From assembly GCA_046542505.1 (NCBI GenBank), contig JBKHBH010000026.1, positions 1 through 25,975 of the forward strand: 25,975 nucleotides of DNA, in the 5' to 3' direction. Under the pieces are notes generated by a model. It did no database searches and had not been told where the DNA came from. It saw only the letters and a list, made by a program, of their open reading frames with translations. How positions within the stretch are numbered: the stretch's first letter is position 1; the number at the start of each line of letters is the position of its first letter. Source of the stretch: Thermovirgaceae bacterium. GTDB lineage: Bacteria; Synergistota; Synergistia; Synergistales; Thermovirgaceae. This document shows, piece by piece, positions 24,492-25,975 of the stretch. Made by a program: the position numbers and the translations under genes.

Positions 24492-25877
24492 ATGGCCGGG
24501 GAAGGGGAAAAAAGGCGCGTGGACCGCGAGGACCTGGAAAAGGTCCCCAGGTTTTTTTACGAGGATTTTTTTGAACAGTCCCCTGAAGCGATCGTGATGG
24601 AAGGTCTCGATGGACGGGTGCTGGAGGCGAACGCGAGCTTCTGCGACATGTTCGGCTATGACCGGGAAGAGGTGAAAGGCCGCGTACTTGAGAACCTCGT
24701 CGCAGCCGATAGCCAGACTTTCGAACAGGCTGCCCGCATATTGAACAATGCGGCAAGGGGGCAGCGCTTCACGCTGGAAACGATCCGCCACCGGAAGGAC
24801 GGGACCCCCCTCCAGGTTTTGCTCTTTGGCATTCCAATCATTGTCAACGGAGATGTCACGGCGGTATACGCCATTTATCACGATATTTCACCCCGGAAAC
24901 AGGCCGAGGAAAGCCTGCGGAAAAGCGAGGCTCTCTTGCGCCTCGCCGGCCACCTCGCCCACCTTGGGGGTTGGAGTGCAGACCTTGTCGAAAACCGGGT
25001 CTACTGGTCCGAGGAAGTGGCTGCCATTCACGACATGCCGCCGGGGTATTCCCCTACCGTGGAAGAGGGCATAACCTTCTACGCGCCGGAGTACAGAAAC
25101 AAAATCGCAGAGGTTTTTGAAAAATGCGCAAAAGAGGGCATTTCATACGATGAAGAAATGCAGATACTTTCAGGAAAGGGCAAAAGAATCTGGGTGAGAA
25201 CCGTCGGAGTTCCCGAGCGAGACGAGGCCGGCCGCATCGTCCGGGTTCTGGGGTGCTTTCAGGACATAACGGCGAGAAAGCAATCGGAACAGGAACTCCG
25301 GGAAGCCCTTGAGAAGATGATCGGTGTCCTCGCGGAGCTTGTGGAGCGCCGGGATCCCTACACTGCGGGACATCAAAAAAAGGTCGCGGAGCTTTCCCGG
25401 GCGATCGCGCTCGAAATGGACCTCGGCGAAGAAAGGGCGGAAAGGGTTGCCATGGCGGGGGCGATTCACGATATCGGCAAGATTTCCATTCCCGCCGAGG
25501 TGTTGAGCCGTCCCGGGAAACTTTCTCCGATAGAAATGGAACTGGTCAGGCAGCACCCGCAGCAGGGGTGCGAAATCCTCAAAGATGTGCAGACCGGCTG
25601 GCCGCTGGCCGAAGTGGTTTACCAGCACCACGAGCGGCTCGACGGGTCGGGCTACCCGCAGGGGCTGAAAGACGGAGAAATCCTTCTCGAGGCACGCATC
25701 CTCGGTGTGGCCGACGTTGTGGAGGCCATGGCGTCCTATCGTCCCTACAGGCCGTCACTGGGTATCGACGCCGCCCTTGAGGAAATTGAAAGCAAAAAGG
25801 GGCTTCTCTATGACCCGGAGGTTGTGAGTGCCTGCTTGAGGCTCTTCAGGGAAAAAGATTTTGTTTTCGACAGGTAG
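24492..25877 (+). CDS. PAS-PAS-HD-GYP cyclic dinucleotide phosphodiesterase
   Basis: Two PAS/PAC blocks (EANASFCDMFGY...RHRKDG..HDIS; YWSEEV...GKRIWV..QDIT) then RDPYTAGHQ, HDIGKI, HHERLDGSGYP, VADVVEAM..RPYR. Confidence 0.93.
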   Translation: MAGEGEKRRVDREDLEKVPRFFYEDFFEQSPEAIVMEGLDGRVLEANASFCDMFGYDREEVKGRVLENLVAADSQTFEQAARILNNAARGQRFTLETIRHRKDGTPLQVLLFGIPIIVNGDVTAVYAIYHDISPRKQAEESLRKSEALLRLAGHLAHLGGWSADLVENRVYWSEEVAAIHDMPPGYSPTVEEGITFYAPEYRNKIAEVFEKCAKEGISYDEEMQILSGKGKRIWVRTVGVPERDEAGRIVRVLGCFQDITARKQSEQELREALEKMIGVLAELVERRDPYTAGHQKKVAELSRAIALEMDLGEERAERVAMAGAIHDIGKISIPAEVLSRPGKLSPIEMELVRQHPQQGCEILKDVQTGWPLAEVVYQHHERLDGSGYPQGLKDGEILLEARILGVADVVEAMASYRPYRPSLGIDAALEEIESKKGLLYDPEVVSACLRLFREKDFVFDR

Positions 25878-25925
25878 AATCCGTTCCAGGGTTTCCAGAA
25901 AGCCGATAAAGAAAGAGGGGTATTT

Positions 25926-25975
25926 ATGACGAACAGGATGAAGGAAAAGCTTGCCCAGGGCGAGGTCGTGATCGG
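25926..25975 (+). CDS. 5' end of a probable HpcH/HpaI-family aldolase (truncated by the window edge)
   Basis: GAGGGG SD then MTNRMKEKLAQGEVVI(G), resembling the N-terminus of HpcH/HpaI aldolases; only 16 full codons are visible. Confidence 0.45.
   Translation, partial: MTNRMKEKLAQGEVVI

Overview
GC-rich, gene-dense bacterial chromosome segment from an anaerobe. The gene content suggests an amino-acid fermenter such as a Synergistota member, but that is inference only. No rRNA, tRNA, CRISPR array or mobile element was seen. Left flank: partial zupT, a TbADH-type NADP secondary alcohol dehydrogenase with a Rex-like box, then minus-strand ATC-hydrolase-like gene, larB, PLP aminotransferase and ppnP. 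Centre (about 5.0-22.5 kb): an apparently co-regulated catabolic island. A TakP-like TRAP transporter (dctP with an in-frame TAG, dctQ with a probable homopolymer frameshift) is transcribed divergently from a 10-gene operon: porG-D-A-B-type 2-oxoacid:ferredoxin oxidoreductase, hbd, abfD, crt, a DUF362 Fe-S protein, thiolase and a divergent proC-like reductase. A GntR/FCD regulator follows, then a convergent pair encoding an orphan cobalamin-binding enzyme and a stand-alone hydantoinase-A-like ATPase. A shared TAYAATCNTATW motif sits in all three promoter regions. Best hypothesis: an uncharacterised anaerobic pathway in which a 5-hydroxy (or 5-amino) C5 2-oxoacid is oxidatively decarboxylated directly to 4-hydroxybutyryl-CoA and then oxidised to acetyl-CoA, with a B12 enzyme acting upstream. 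Right flank: a decayed ProX/OpuAC-like binding-protein remnant, an M20D amidohydrolase, a PAS-PAS-HD-GYP protein and the start of a probable HpcH/HpaI aldolase. All family calls come from motif recognition by eye; no searches were run.
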